Source: Candidatus Rokuibacteriota bacterium
Lineage (GTDB): Bacteria > Methylomirabilota > Methylomirabilia > Rokubacteriales > CSP1-6
Reading direction: 5' to 3'
NCBI GenBank assembly: GCA_016179165.1
Contig: JACORX010000011.1
Span: 1-31,306 of the forward strand
Length of the DNA: 31,306 nucleotides
This document shows, piece after piece, positions 8,669 through 17,626 of the stretch (position 1 is its first letter; every line of letters begins with the position of its first letter). Below the pieces are notes generated by a model. It saw nothing but the letters and a program-made list of their open reading frames with translations, was not told the DNA's origin and ran no database searches. A program made the translations under genes and the position numbers.

Positions 8669-9573
8669 GGTTTTGCACTCTCGCGCCGGGCCAGCACGCT
8701 GAAGGCCGAGAACTGCGGCCCCCGAAAGGTGGCCTTCGCATCGGCGCCGGGCCAGGCGGGATCTAAGACGATCGGACCGATGAGCGAGCAGCCCCGATCT
8801 GCGAGATAGTCGTAGAAGATCTCAGGCACGTCCTCGATTGGCCAGGCGCCGGACAGCGCCGGCCCCTCGTGGTAGTAGTAGCTGCTGCGCCACGCGTCGG
8901 TCGTGGCGCGCCCGTAGTGACAGCACTCCGAGGTGAGGTAGATGAGGCCGCCCGGCCGGGTGACGCGGACCATCTCGTCCAGCACGCACGCCGCCCGCTT
9001 GCGCTGCTCCGCGTAGGGCACGTGGCTCCGGTCGGGGAGATTCGTGTCCAAGTGCTCGATCACGGACAGAGACGTGACCAGATCGAAGGACTGGTCGGCG
9101 AAGGGCAGCTCGACCATGGATCCCGATACCTGTCGGAGGCGGCGGCGGGCCGCGCCCAGGAGGAAATCATTGAGCCGCCCGAGCTTCCCAGCCCAGCGCC
9201 GCTCCACCGGCTCAGGAAACTCGAACGAGACGACCTTCGCGCCCTGGGCAATCATCCAGTTGGGCAGCGTGCTCCGGCCGCTGCCGATGTCGAGCACCCG
9301 GAGCCCGGCCCAGGACGACACCCAGTTCACCAACGTGCCGTACTCGAAGACGATCTGGCCGATGACGCGCGGGTCGTTGAGCGCCACGAAGAGGGCGATG
9401 TCGAACCCCTCGAGCTGCCGCTTCTCTTTTTCCAAGTCCGGCAGCCGGCTCCGGTCGAACATCGCGTTCCACGCGGCAAGCGGCACGCGGGGCGGCGGCG
9501 GCTGGATGCGCACGCGCGCCCGCGCGGCGAAAAAGCGCAGGATGAGGCCCAGCCGCCTGAGCCGCGCGATCAC
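8665..9573 (-). CDS. Class I SAM-dependent methyltransferase
   Basis: VLDIGSG, LPFADQSFDLVTSLSVIEH and EMVRVTRPGG. GTGA overlaps at both ends. Confidence 0.85.
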   Translation of the reverse strand: MIARLRRLGLILRFFAARARVRIQPPPPRVPLAAWNAMFDRSRLPDLEKEKRQLEGFDIALFVALNDPRVIGQIVFEYGTLVNWVSSWAGLRVLDIGSGRSTLPNWMIAQGAKVVSFEFPEPVERRWAGKLGRLNDFLLGAARRRLRQVSGSMVELPFADQSFDLVTSLSVIEHLDTNLPDRSHVPYAEQRKRAACVLDEMVRVTRPGGLIYLTSECCHYGRATTDAWRSSYYYHEGPALSGAWPIEDVPEIFYDYLADRGCSLIGPIVLDPAWPGADAKATFRGPQFSAFSVLARRESAKP

Positions 9574-10736
9574 CGGCGGCCCTTCGTCGGCCGAACGATG
9601 TCCCTGACGGCCGTAACCACGTCGAGGGCGTCCTCGTCAGTGAGCTTGGCGGACAGCGGCAGGCTGACCGTCTGCCGCCCGATGCGCATCGCGTGCGGAT
9701 AGTCCTCGGGCTTCCAGCCAAACGCCCGCTGGTAGTACGGGTGCTCCGGCACGCTCATGTAATGGACCCCGACGCCGATCTTCCGCGCCGTCATGGCGTC
9801 GAGGAAGCCGTCCCGGGTGATGCCCGCGCGGTCCGGGTCCACGAGGAGCGTGTAGAGGTGGTAGGCGTGCCGGGTGTCGGGCGCAGGATCGGCCGGGCGG
9901 CCGACGGGCAGGCCGGCGAACGCGGCATTGTAGCGCTCCCAGAGCGCGCGGCGGCGCGGCCACAGCGCCTCGACGCGGTCGAGCTGGTGGAGCCCGATGG
10001 CCGCCTGGATGTCCATCATGTTGTACTTGAAGCCGCACTCGACGACGTGGTAGTGCTTGAAGCCCTCGTCGCCGAAGCGCTTCCAGGCATCCTGGCTCAT
10101 GCCGTGCAGCGCCAGGACTTTGATGCGCGCGGCGTCCTCCGGCCGGCGGGCCACAACCATGCCCCCCTCGCCAGCGGCCACGTTCTTGGTGACGTAGAAG
10201 CTCCAGCAGCCGAAGTCGCCGAACGTGCCCGCCTTCTTCCCCCGGTACTCGGTCTCGATGGCGTGCGCGCAATCCTCGACGATCGCGAGCCCCCGGCTCG
10301 CCGCGATATCGCAGATCGCCGCCATGTCGCACGGGCGCCCGGCGAAATGCACCAGCACGATGGCCCGCGTGCGCGGCGTGAGGCGCGCCCGAAGCTGGCC
10401 GGGGTCCATGTTCATGGTGGATGGATCCACGTCGACGAGGACGGGCGTCGCCCCGGCGTGAATGACGGCGTTCACCGTCGCGCAGAACGTGAGCGCGGTG
10501 GTGATCACTTCGTCACCGGGCTTGACGCCCGCGGCGAGGATGCTCAGGTGGAGCGCGGCGGTGCAGGAGCTCACGGCAACGGACTGCTCCACCCCGAGGT
10601 AGCGGGCGAACGCGCTCTCGAAGCGCGCAACCTTGGGACCCGTGCCGAGCCAGCCGCTTCGCATGCTGGCGACGACCTCGTCGATCTCCGCTTCCTCGAT
10701 GAGCGGCGCGCCGAAGACCAGGAACTTATCCCTCAC
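9570..10736 (-). CDS. DegT/DnrJ/EryC1/StrS family nucleotide-sugar aminotransferase
   Basis: SGWLGTGPKV, SSCTAALH, EDCAHA, SFYVTKN (PLP lysine), EGGM and GFKYNM. Start at GTG 10736 has GGAG upstream; alternative ATG at 10748. Confidence 0.92.
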   Translation of the reverse strand: MRDKFLVFGAPLIEEAEIDEVVASMRSGWLGTGPKVARFESAFARYLGVEQSVAVSSCTAALHLSILAAGVKPGDEVITTALTFCATVNAVIHAGATPVLVDVDPSTMNMDPGQLRARLTPRTRAIVLVHFAGRPCDMAAICDIAASRGLAIVEDCAHAIETEYRGKKAGTFGDFGCWSFYVTKNVAAGEGGMVVARRPEDAARIKVLALHGMSQDAWKRFGDEGFKHYHVVECGFKYNMMDIQAAIGLHQLDRVEALWPRRRALWERYNAAFAGLPVGRPADPAPDTRHAYHLYTLLVDPDRAGITRDGFLDAMTARKIGVGVHYMSVPEHPYYQRAFGWKPEDYPHAMRIGRQTVSLPLSAKLTDEDALDVVTAVRDIVRPTKGRR

Positions 10737-13152
10737 GCCGCTCTCCATTGACCGAGGAAGTCCACGCCGCGAGAGACGCGCCGCGGGCGCTCCCGCTCGC
10801 GCGCGGGTCCTCGAACACCGCCCACCACGTGGCGGCGAATTTCTCCCGGCTGAAGCGCTCGAGCGACGCGCGAGCCGCGCTGCCGGCGGCTTCGCGCCGG
10901 CGCCGGTCAGCCAGAAAGAACTCGAGCCCCTCGGCCAGCGCCTCGGCGGTGGCCTCCCCGCACACCCACCCGTCATGCCGGTGCTCGATCACTTCCGGCA
11001 GCGCGCCCGTCGCGAAGACCACGGAGGGAATGCCGGCCTCCTTGGCCTCGAGGCTGACCAGCCCGAATCCCTCGCGTATCGAGGGACGCGACGGGAAGCA
11101 GTGCACCGCCGCCTGCGCCATGAGCGCGGGCACGTCCTCACGGTGTCCGAGGAACCGCACCCGGCCGGCCAGGTCGGCGTCCGCCGCACGGGCGAGGAGG
11201 CCGGCGTGATAGCCGTGCCAGGCGGTGGGCTCCCACGCGTCGAGGTCGCCCACGACGTCGAGCGTGACCTCGGGCCGGCGCCGCGTGACGATCGCGACGG
11301 CGTCGAGCAGCAGGTCGAGCCCCTTGCCGGGTATGAGCTGCCCGACGAAGATGACCCTGCCGCCGTCACGCTCGGTCGAGGCTGCAGCTCCAGCCGTCCT
11401 CCGCGGCGGGCAGTTGTAGATGATCGAAACCTTGCCCGGCCGGACGCCGTGAGCCAGGAGCTCCCGCGCGGTGAAGGCGGAGTTGCAGACGAAACGGTCC
11501 ACGAAGGGATCGATGCCCCACCGCCAGACCTTCCGGTAGAACGCTCCCGGGTCCGGCGCATTGCCGAGGCGGAAGATCACCGCGATGCCGAGGAGCCGCA
11601 AGACGGCCAAGGCGGGAGCATTGCGAAGCCCGGCGACGAAGTCGGGCACCAGCACGTGGGTGGGCCGGAACCTCCGCGCGTCGCGAAGCAGACCGAGGCT
11701 GGTCATGCTGACGTCCCACCCGAGCCGGATCCAATGGAGCGGGCTCCGCGCGCGCCGCGCGAAGCTGTACCAGTAGTAGCCCGTCGACCACGTCGCCCCG
11801 ATGCCCTCGGCCAACCCGGCGATCCGGGCGTTGTCCCACGTGTTCACGACGCAGTGCACGGAGGCGCCGCGCTTTCGTAGGACATGGAGCACCTCGAACG
11901 TCATGCGCTCGAGGCCGGCGACCTGGACCATACCGCCACAGCAGGCCAGCACGCGCGGGGAACGCGCGTCCTCGGCGGGCCTGGCCAGCGCACGGCACGC
12001 GGCCTCGAGCCCGGCCGTCGCGGTATCGTACGAGTAGACAGCGGCGCGCTCGAGGCACGCGTCCGAATAGGGCCGGCCCTCGTCCAGCCGCGCGCGCACT
12101 CGCTCGAGAGCGCCGGCCAGCGCGGTGACGTCGCCGAAGGGAACGACCTCGCCGGTCACGCCGGGTGTCACGAGATCGGGAGCGCAGCCCACGCGGTCGC
12201 TGACCACGCAGGGCAGACCCGTCGCCAGCGCCTCGTTGACGACGAGTCCCCAGGAATCACCCGAGTCGCTCGGGAGAGCGAGGCAGTCGGCGGCCGCGTA
12301 CGCGCGCGGCATCTCGCTCTGGTTGACGAAGCCCGCCCAGACGACCCGCACGCCGAGGCGCGCCGCCGCCTCCCGCAGCCCGCTCTCGATCGCACCTCCG
12401 CCAACCATCAGCAGCGCGGCGCCGGGCCTGAGCATTGCGAGCGCTCGGACGACGTCGAGCGGCCGCTTCTTCGCCTCGAGCTTCCCGGCGAAGAGCACGA
12501 CGAAGTCCTCGTCGCGGAGGCCGAACCTCTCGCGCGACGAGGCGCGCTGATCGCGCGACGCTGCCGCGAAGAAGTCGTTGTCGACGGCGTGAGGGGACGC
12601 CCAGACGTGCGTCGCGGGAGCGCCGAAGTGCCGGAGGTAGGCATGCGCCCGCTGTCCCACCGCGAGCCATCCCGAGAAGCGCCGCAGGAGGAGCCGCGTG
12701 CGCGCCGCCCAGAGCGGGCCGCGCCAGCCTGCCGGGCGCGTGCCCAGGTGGGTGTCGCCACGATAGAGGACGGGGATGCCCGCGCGGCGGGACGCCCACA
12801 GCGCGCGCACGAGCGTGATCGAATGCCAGCCGGGCAGGAGGACGACGTCGGGGCGGCTTCCTCTGACGGCGGCGCCGATCTCCGGGACGTCGAGCCCCCA
12901 GAAGCGGTCGCTACTCATATTGTCGCCCGGGCGGGCGGCACGGAGAACGCGGCAGGGGTACCCCTCGGTGAGCGGCAGGTCCCATTCGAAGACGGCGTCG
13001 AACCCGGCGCCCTGTTGCACCGCCGTCGGTTGGGTTCCGTAGAGCACTGTCAGGTTGATCCCGGGGCAACGCTCTGCGATGTGTCTCCACCACGGCGCGT
13101 AGTACTGGATCGGGTGGGTCAGGACGGCCGTCAGCCTGATCGGGGCGCTCAT
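10726..13152 (-). CDS. Tandem two-domain GT4 glycosyltransferase (808 aa)
   Basis: Domain 1 has THPIQYYAP...GKLEAKKRP...DSWGLVVNEA. Domain 2 has GGMVQVAGLER...GQLIPGKG...EGFGLVSLEA. Confidence 0.88.
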   Translation of the reverse strand: MSAPIRLTAVLTHPIQYYAPWWRHIAERCPGINLTVLYGTQPTAVQQGAGFDAVFEWDLPLTEGYPCRVLRAARPGDNMSSDRFWGLDVPEIGAAVRGSRPDVVLLPGWHSITLVRALWASRRAGIPVLYRGDTHLGTRPAGWRGPLWAARTRLLLRRFSGWLAVGQRAHAYLRHFGAPATHVWASPHAVDNDFFAAASRDQRASSRERFGLRDEDFVVLFAGKLEAKKRPLDVVRALAMLRPGAALLMVGGGAIESGLREAAARLGVRVVWAGFVNQSEMPRAYAAADCLALPSDSGDSWGLVVNEALATGLPCVVSDRVGCAPDLVTPGVTGEVVPFGDVTALAGALERVRARLDEGRPYSDACLERAAVYSYDTATAGLEAACRALARPAEDARSPRVLACCGGMVQVAGLERMTFEVLHVLRKRGASVHCVVNTWDNARIAGLAEGIGATWSTGYYWYSFARRARSPLHWIRLGWDVSMTSLGLLRDARRFRPTHVLVPDFVAGLRNAPALAVLRLLGIAVIFRLGNAPDPGAFYRKVWRWGIDPFVDRFVCNSAFTARELLAHGVRPGKVSIIYNCPPRRTAGAAASTERDGGRVIFVGQLIPGKGLDLLLDAVAIVTRRRPEVTLDVVGDLDAWEPTAWHGYHAGLLARAADADLAGRVRFLGHREDVPALMAQAAVHCFPSRPSIREGFGLVSLEAKEAGIPSVVFATGALPEVIEHRHDGWVCGEATAEALAEGLEFFLADRRRREAAGSAARASLERFSREKFAATWWAVFEDPRASGSARGASLAAWTSSVNGERREG

Positions 13153-14465
13153 CGGCAGCCCCTCACCAGGTCGAGAACGCCGGCGAGCCTGCCCGCCAGC
13201 GACTCTGCCGAGTGCTCACGCAGGACGGCCGGGTCCACGGCCACCGGGGAATCCACCGGCCGGTCCAGGAGCTCGATGATCTCGCGCGCGATCGCTTCGA
13301 CGCGCGAGCCCGCGGGCGCGACATCGCCGTAGGTCACGAGGCGCGCAGCGGGCGGCCGCTCGGCCCGGCGCAAAGTATTCGTGACGCTGCTCGCCTCGTG
13401 GTAGACGGCCAGCAGCGGCCGCTCGGCGAGCAACGCCGGATAGAGCTTACTCGCGGTGTAGTGACGCTCGCTCGAGCCCATAAGTAGGATCGCGTGGGCC
13501 TGCGTCAGCACCGTCAGCGCGTCGAGATAGTCGATGCGCGTCGTCACCTCGGTGACGCGGTCCGCGACACCGAGTAGGGCAGCGAGCGGAAGCGCGCGCG
13601 GCGCCGCGCCCGGTACCGTCTGGTTGCCGGTGCCGAAGAAGTGCAGGCGGAGCCGCGCGTACAGCTCGGGACGGCGCTCGCTCACGAGGCGGACCGCGGC
13701 CAGCACTGCGCGGAGCGTCTCCGCGCCCAGAGGCAGGAGCGTGCCGACATAGCACACGTGGGTCTGCCCGTCCTTCGGGTCGAACCAGGGATTCTCCCGC
13801 GGCGCGCGCCGTATCCGCTCGAAATCGGCCGGCTCACCGCCGATCGGGATCGCCGCGCACGGTGTCCGCTCGAGCCCCGGGTAGCGCCGCCAAAGCTCCC
13901 GGTACGTCTCCTCGGACACGGCCGTGATGGCGTCGGCCGCGCGGAGCACGCGCGGCTCGAGTCGCGACGCGAGCAAACGGGTGGCGCGGCTCCGCCAATC
14001 GGGAAGCCCGCCGCGGCCGCCGCCGACCGTGAGACCCCACGCGCCGACCCACGGATCCTGGTAGTCGAGCACGAACGGCACGCCGAAGCGCCGCTTGAGT
14101 GACGGACCCAGCAGCGCCGGATAGGTCGGGTAGATTGTGATGAAGAGCGCGTCGAAGCGCTCGGTCGCGAGCAGACGCCCAGAAGTTCGCCTCAGGCCGC
14201 CCAAGGCCCGGAGGCCGAGGTCGCCCACGCCCGCGAGCCGGGTCAGCGCGACCGGCCACGCTCGGCAGCGGACTACGCGAAGGTCCTCTGGGACGAGTGC
14301 GGCCAGGCCCGGGTCGAGCCGGCCCTCGTAGTCCCGCTGGTCCACGGTCAGGACCGTGGGCTCCCAACCATGCCGGCGCAGGTGCGGCGCCAGCAGGCGC
14401 ACACGGTGCGCGCCCGCGCTCGTGTCGGGCGGGAAATTCGGGCTGACCATAAGGACGCGGCGCAT
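13149..14465 (-). CDS. GT4-like (GT-B) glycosyltransferase
   Basis: VLMVSPNFPP, GWEPTVLT, DYQDPW, YVGTL and ASKLYPAL. ATG 14465 has a TGATG overlap. Confidence 0.8.
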   Translation of the reverse strand: MRRVLMVSPNFPPDTSAGAHRVRLLAPHLRRHGWEPTVLTVDQRDYEGRLDPGLAALVPEDLRVVRCRAWPVALTRLAGVGDLGLRALGGLRRTSGRLLATERFDALFITIYPTYPALLGPSLKRRFGVPFVLDYQDPWVGAWGLTVGGGRGGLPDWRSRATRLLASRLEPRVLRAADAITAVSEETYRELWRRYPGLERTPCAAIPIGGEPADFERIRRAPRENPWFDPKDGQTHVCYVGTLLPLGAETLRAVLAAVRLVSERRPELYARLRLHFFGTGNQTVPGAAPRALPLAALLGVADRVTEVTTRIDYLDALTVLTQAHAILLMGSSERHYTASKLYPALLAERPLLAVYHEASSVTNTLRRAERPPAARLVTYGDVAPAGSRVEAIAREIIELLDRPVDSPVAVDPAVLREHSAESLAGRLAGVLDLVRGCR

Positions 14466-15193
14466 CAGCGGGGCTCCGCCAGCCACTCGGAGCTGACCTC
14501 CGGCCCGCGCCCGGCTTCCAACGACGTGACCTCGTAGCCCCAGGCGACCAGCAGTTGCGCGCACGCCCGGCGCTGGCGCTCCCCGTGCAATGCGAGATAG
14601 ATCGGGGGCCGGTACTTGGCAAAGCTCCGCGCTCCACCCCTGAGAACGGCATCGTCGCTGCCCTCGACGTCGATCTTGACCACGTCAGGCGGGAGGGCCT
14701 CATTCTCGGATAGCCACTCGTCCAGGGTGATCGCTGTGACCTCCCAGTCGCCTCCGGGGTCGGCGTGAAACTCGCTGGGCGAGTCGCCCTCCTTCATCCG
14801 TAGCGTGCCCGCCCGATCGCTTACCGCCGCCTCGCACACGGCGACGCCGGCAAGGCCGTTCAACGCGAGGTGACGTCTCAGAAAGTGAAGGTTTCTGGGC
14901 ATCGGCTCGAAGGCGACGACACAGCCTGCGGGGGCCACGACTCGCGCGCTCGGGAGGGTGTAGAGACCCACGTTGGCACCGATATCCCAGACCGTCATCC
15001 CGGGTCGTAGGCGCGCCATGAAGCGGAACATCTTGTCCCGCTCCAGGGTGCCCAGCCAAGCCCCGTGGGGCGCCGAGCCCACGACCCACCGAATCCCCCG
15101 GCTGGGACCGCTCACCACCGGCACGACGGCCGTCGGCGGAATCAGCCGCAGAGGCATCCGGAGCAGACGCCCGAACCGCCGCTTGAGCGTCAT
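14465..15193 (-). CDS. FkbM family methyltransferase
   Basis: WDIGANVGLYT, AFEP..RN and KIDVEG motifs. Start placed at ATG 15193. Confidence 0.9.
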   Translation of the reverse strand: MTLKRRFGRLLRMPLRLIPPTAVVPVVSGPSRGIRWVVGSAPHGAWLGTLERDKMFRFMARLRPGMTVWDIGANVGLYTLPSARVVAPAGCVVAFEPMPRNLHFLRRHLALNGLAGVAVCEAAVSDRAGTLRMKEGDSPSEFHADPGGDWEVTAITLDEWLSENEALPPDVVKIDVEGSDDAVLRGGARSFAKYRPPIYLALHGERQRRACAQLLVAWGYEVTSLEAGRGPEVSSEWLAEPR

Positions 15194-15194
15194 C

Positions 15195-15336
15195 TCAGTA
15201 TCTCTTGATCGCGAACTCGATCCTGACCACGCCTGCGCGGACCTGTCGATATTGACCCAGCCTGCCGGGCTTGCGGGCCCGCAGCCCACGTTGACCAAGG
15301 GCCCCCACGCAGTGCGCTCAACGGCAGCGCGCTCAT
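15195..15336 (-). pseudogene. Collapsed SAM-dependent methyltransferase remnant
   Basis: ATG 15336 overlaps the upstream stop. Adding one G to the 5-G run (+ strand C15302-15306) gives MSALPLSALRGGPLVNVGCGPASPAGWVNIDRSAQAW, a methyltransferase motif I start. The remaining 40 nt or so end in TGA 1 nt before the FkbM ATG. Confidence 0.6.
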
Positions 15337-16376
15337 CGAGCCATCATCTCGCGGTACAGCCGCTCGTATGCGTCCACGATGGCCCCGTCGCTGAAGCGCC
15401 GCTCGGCCTCGTCGCGGCAGCGGTGGCGGTCGATCCGGTCGAGCTGGCCCACCAGGTCGGCCATCTCCTCGGCGGTGTCGCAGAGGAAGCCCGTCTTGCC
15501 GTGCTCGATCCCCTCCGGCACGCCGCCTCGCCGGAACGCGATGGCGGGCGTGCCGCAGGCCAGCGCCTCGGGCAGGACGACAGGGAACGGCTCCTCCCAC
15601 TCGATCGGCAGCAGCAGGGCTGCCGCCGATCCGAGGAGCACATCCTTCTGCGCGTCGTCCACCGGTCCAATGTAGCGGACGAGGCTGCCGTCGATCTGCG
15701 GTGCCAGCTCGCGCTCGAAGTACTCGCGCTCGGCCGGCAGCGGCGAAACCGTGCCGGCGATCGTGAGACGGCGGCCGAGCCGCCGCGCCACCGAGATGGC
15801 GGTATGCGCCCCCTTGCACCGCTCGAGCCTGCTCAGGAAGACGAGGGGCGCCGTCGCCGCGTCCACGTCCGTGCGCGCGGTGTAGCGGTCCACCGGGGCG
15901 CAGTTGTACACGACGCTCCAGTCACCGCCTCCCGGCAGACCCGTGTCGCGGATCGCCGCGCTCACGGCCGTGTAGCGAAGGCGCGTGGCGCCCAGCGCGC
16001 GCGCGATCCGCATGTTGCGCGGGTTCACCGGGCGCATGTACGTGTGCACCTTGGGCAGGTCCCGCCGGAGGACCGGGGCCAAGTAGGCGAGGCGGCCGAA
16101 ATTGTGGACGAGATCGAACCGGCCCGGCCGGCGCCAGAAGCGGGCCGCCAGCGTCGCCAGGTTGCGCGCGTTGCTCCAGCGCGTCCATTCGCCCTCGTGC
16201 CCGAATGGCTCTACCAGTCCCGGCACGTGCGATCCCGGCGCCGCCCACAGCGTCACGTCGTGACCACGGCGCGAGAGCCCGGCGGCTACGTCGGCGATGA
16301 CGCGCTCGATGCCGCCGTAGTGCCGCGGGGGCACCGGAATCACGGGATCCATGAGAAGGAGGATCCTGAGGGTCAC
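15333..16376 (-). CDS. GT4 glycosyltransferase
   Basis: PVPPRHYGGIERV, FLSRLERCKG and WEEPFPVVLPEALACG. GTG 16376 has a GTGA overlap. Confidence 0.9.
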   Translation of the reverse strand: MTLRILLLMDPVIPVPPRHYGGIERVIADVAAGLSRRGHDVTLWAAPGSHVPGLVEPFGHEGEWTRWSNARNLATLAARFWRRPGRFDLVHNFGRLAYLAPVLRRDLPKVHTYMRPVNPRNMRIARALGATRLRYTAVSAAIRDTGLPGGGDWSVVYNCAPVDRYTARTDVDAATAPLVFLSRLERCKGAHTAISVARRLGRRLTIAGTVSPLPAEREYFERELAPQIDGSLVRYIGPVDDAQKDVLLGSAAALLLPIEWEEPFPVVLPEALACGTPAIAFRRGGVPEGIEHGKTGFLCDTAEEMADLVGQLDRIDRHRCRDEAERRFSDGAIVDAYERLYREMMAR

Positions 16377-17626
16377 GGCAGGGCCCCCTCGACCGCCTCC
16401 AACAGGGCTCCGCGCTCGGCCGGGTGCTCCCAGTGCCACCGGCGACCGGCCGCGCGCCAGGCCGCTGCCTTCGCGGCTGCGAGAGCCGTTTTGTCTTCCG
16501 CCCAGCGCCGGAGCCCGGACGCGAGAGCGCCCACGTCACCCGGACGGTAGGAGAGAGCGCCCTCGCCCAGGTCGACCGCGAGCGGCCGCTGGCCGGTGGT
16601 GTCGGTCAGGACCACCGCGAGACCGGCCAACAGGTAGGTATAGGGCTTGTTCGGGGAGCAGAGATCGCGGTTGAGGACATGCGGCGACTCGACCGCGAGC
16701 CCGACGTCATAGCCGGCGCACAGGGCGACCATTGCATCGGGCGGGCCTGGAGCGTGGACCACAAGCTTGAGGAGCGGCGCCCGGCTCTCGGCGAGCCGCT
16801 CGATCTCTCGCAGGTATAGGGCATCGCCTCGACCGCGCAGGTGGAGCTCACCGGGAACCGCCGCCATTCCCATGGCCTGCACCACGTCCTCGAGGCCGCG
16901 CCTCGGTCCGATGGTCTGGCTGAACCAGTAGAGCCGCAGCCCCTCGCCCGGGCTCGGTTCGAGGACCGGCGGGTCGGACGGAAGCGGAAAGGTATTGTGG
17001 ACTACCCGCGCCCGCACGGCGTAGCGCTCGGCGTAGGCCGCGGCGATGGCCTCGCTCGACGTCGTCAGGAAGCGGGCCCGGGGCAGAACATCACGCAGGA
17101 TTCGGTCGGCGAGCGCGTGGGCGACGTCTGCTCCGGGACCGGCAGCGTGCTCGGCCGGGTGGAAGTCCTCGAGGTCGAGCCCGAATGGCACGCCCGTGCG
17201 GCTCCCGGCCTCGGCGGCCGCCGCGAGTGCCCCAGTGGTCCCGCCGTAGAAGAGTTCCGCGGGCTCGGCCAGGGCCGCCGCGACGATCTCAGTGTGCGCC
17301 CGGCTGTACGCGCGCGCCCCGAGCGCCAGTGGCAGCCGGGCCGATCCCGAAAGGCCCGCGGCCGCCGCAGCCGCCCGGCGGCGCGCGCCGGTCCAGGTGT
17401 AGGCGATCGCCGCGCCGCGGCGCCGATAATCCACGGGCGTCCAGGTCCAGGCTCCCTGCCGGCGCCGCAGCACGTCCCGGTCCGCCTCATCGGCCCATGC
17501 CATGTGCCGCGTGCTTACTAGGCGCACGCGGTGGCCGTGCGCGGCCAGCGCATCGGCCGCCTTGAGCATCCGCGGGCATGTCGCCAGATGCCCCGCCGTC
17601 ACCACGCAGATCCGCGCGGTGCTCAT
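16373..17626 (-). CDS. GT4-like (GT-B) glycosyltransferase
   Basis: CPRMLKAADAL, DLEDFH, YWFSQTIGPRRGLE and NKPYTYLLAG. ATG 17626 has an ATGA overlap. Confidence 0.8.
   Translation of the reverse strand: MSTARICVVTAGHLATCPRMLKAADALAAHGHRVRLVSTRHMAWADEADRDVLRRRQGAWTWTPVDYRRRGAAIAYTWTGARRRAAAAAAGLSGSARLPLALGARAYSRAHTEIVAAALAEPAELFYGGTTGALAAAAEAGSRTGVPFGLDLEDFHPAEHAAGPGADVAHALADRILRDVLPRARFLTTSSEAIAAAYAERYAVRARVVHNTFPLPSDPPVLEPSPGEGLRLYWFSQTIGPRRGLEDVVQAMGMAAVPGELHLRGRGDALYLREIERLAESRAPLLKLVVHAPGPPDAMVALCAGYDVGLAVESPHVLNRDLCSPNKPYTYLLAGLAVVLTDTTGQRPLAVDLGEGALSYRPGDVGALASGLRRWAEDKTALAAAKAAAWRAAGRRWHWEHPAERGALLEAVEGALP

Noticed and set aside
15160-15193. Twin-arginine signal in FkbM (KRRFG)
   Set aside because: No hydrophobic h-region or cleavage site, and the cytoplasmic SAM requirement argues against export.
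14465-15298. ORF-track 277-aa FkbM with an extra N-terminal motif I as a double-domain methyltransferase
   Set aside because: The TTG start has no RBS, and the extension is better explained as the in-frame remnant of a separate deleted gene.
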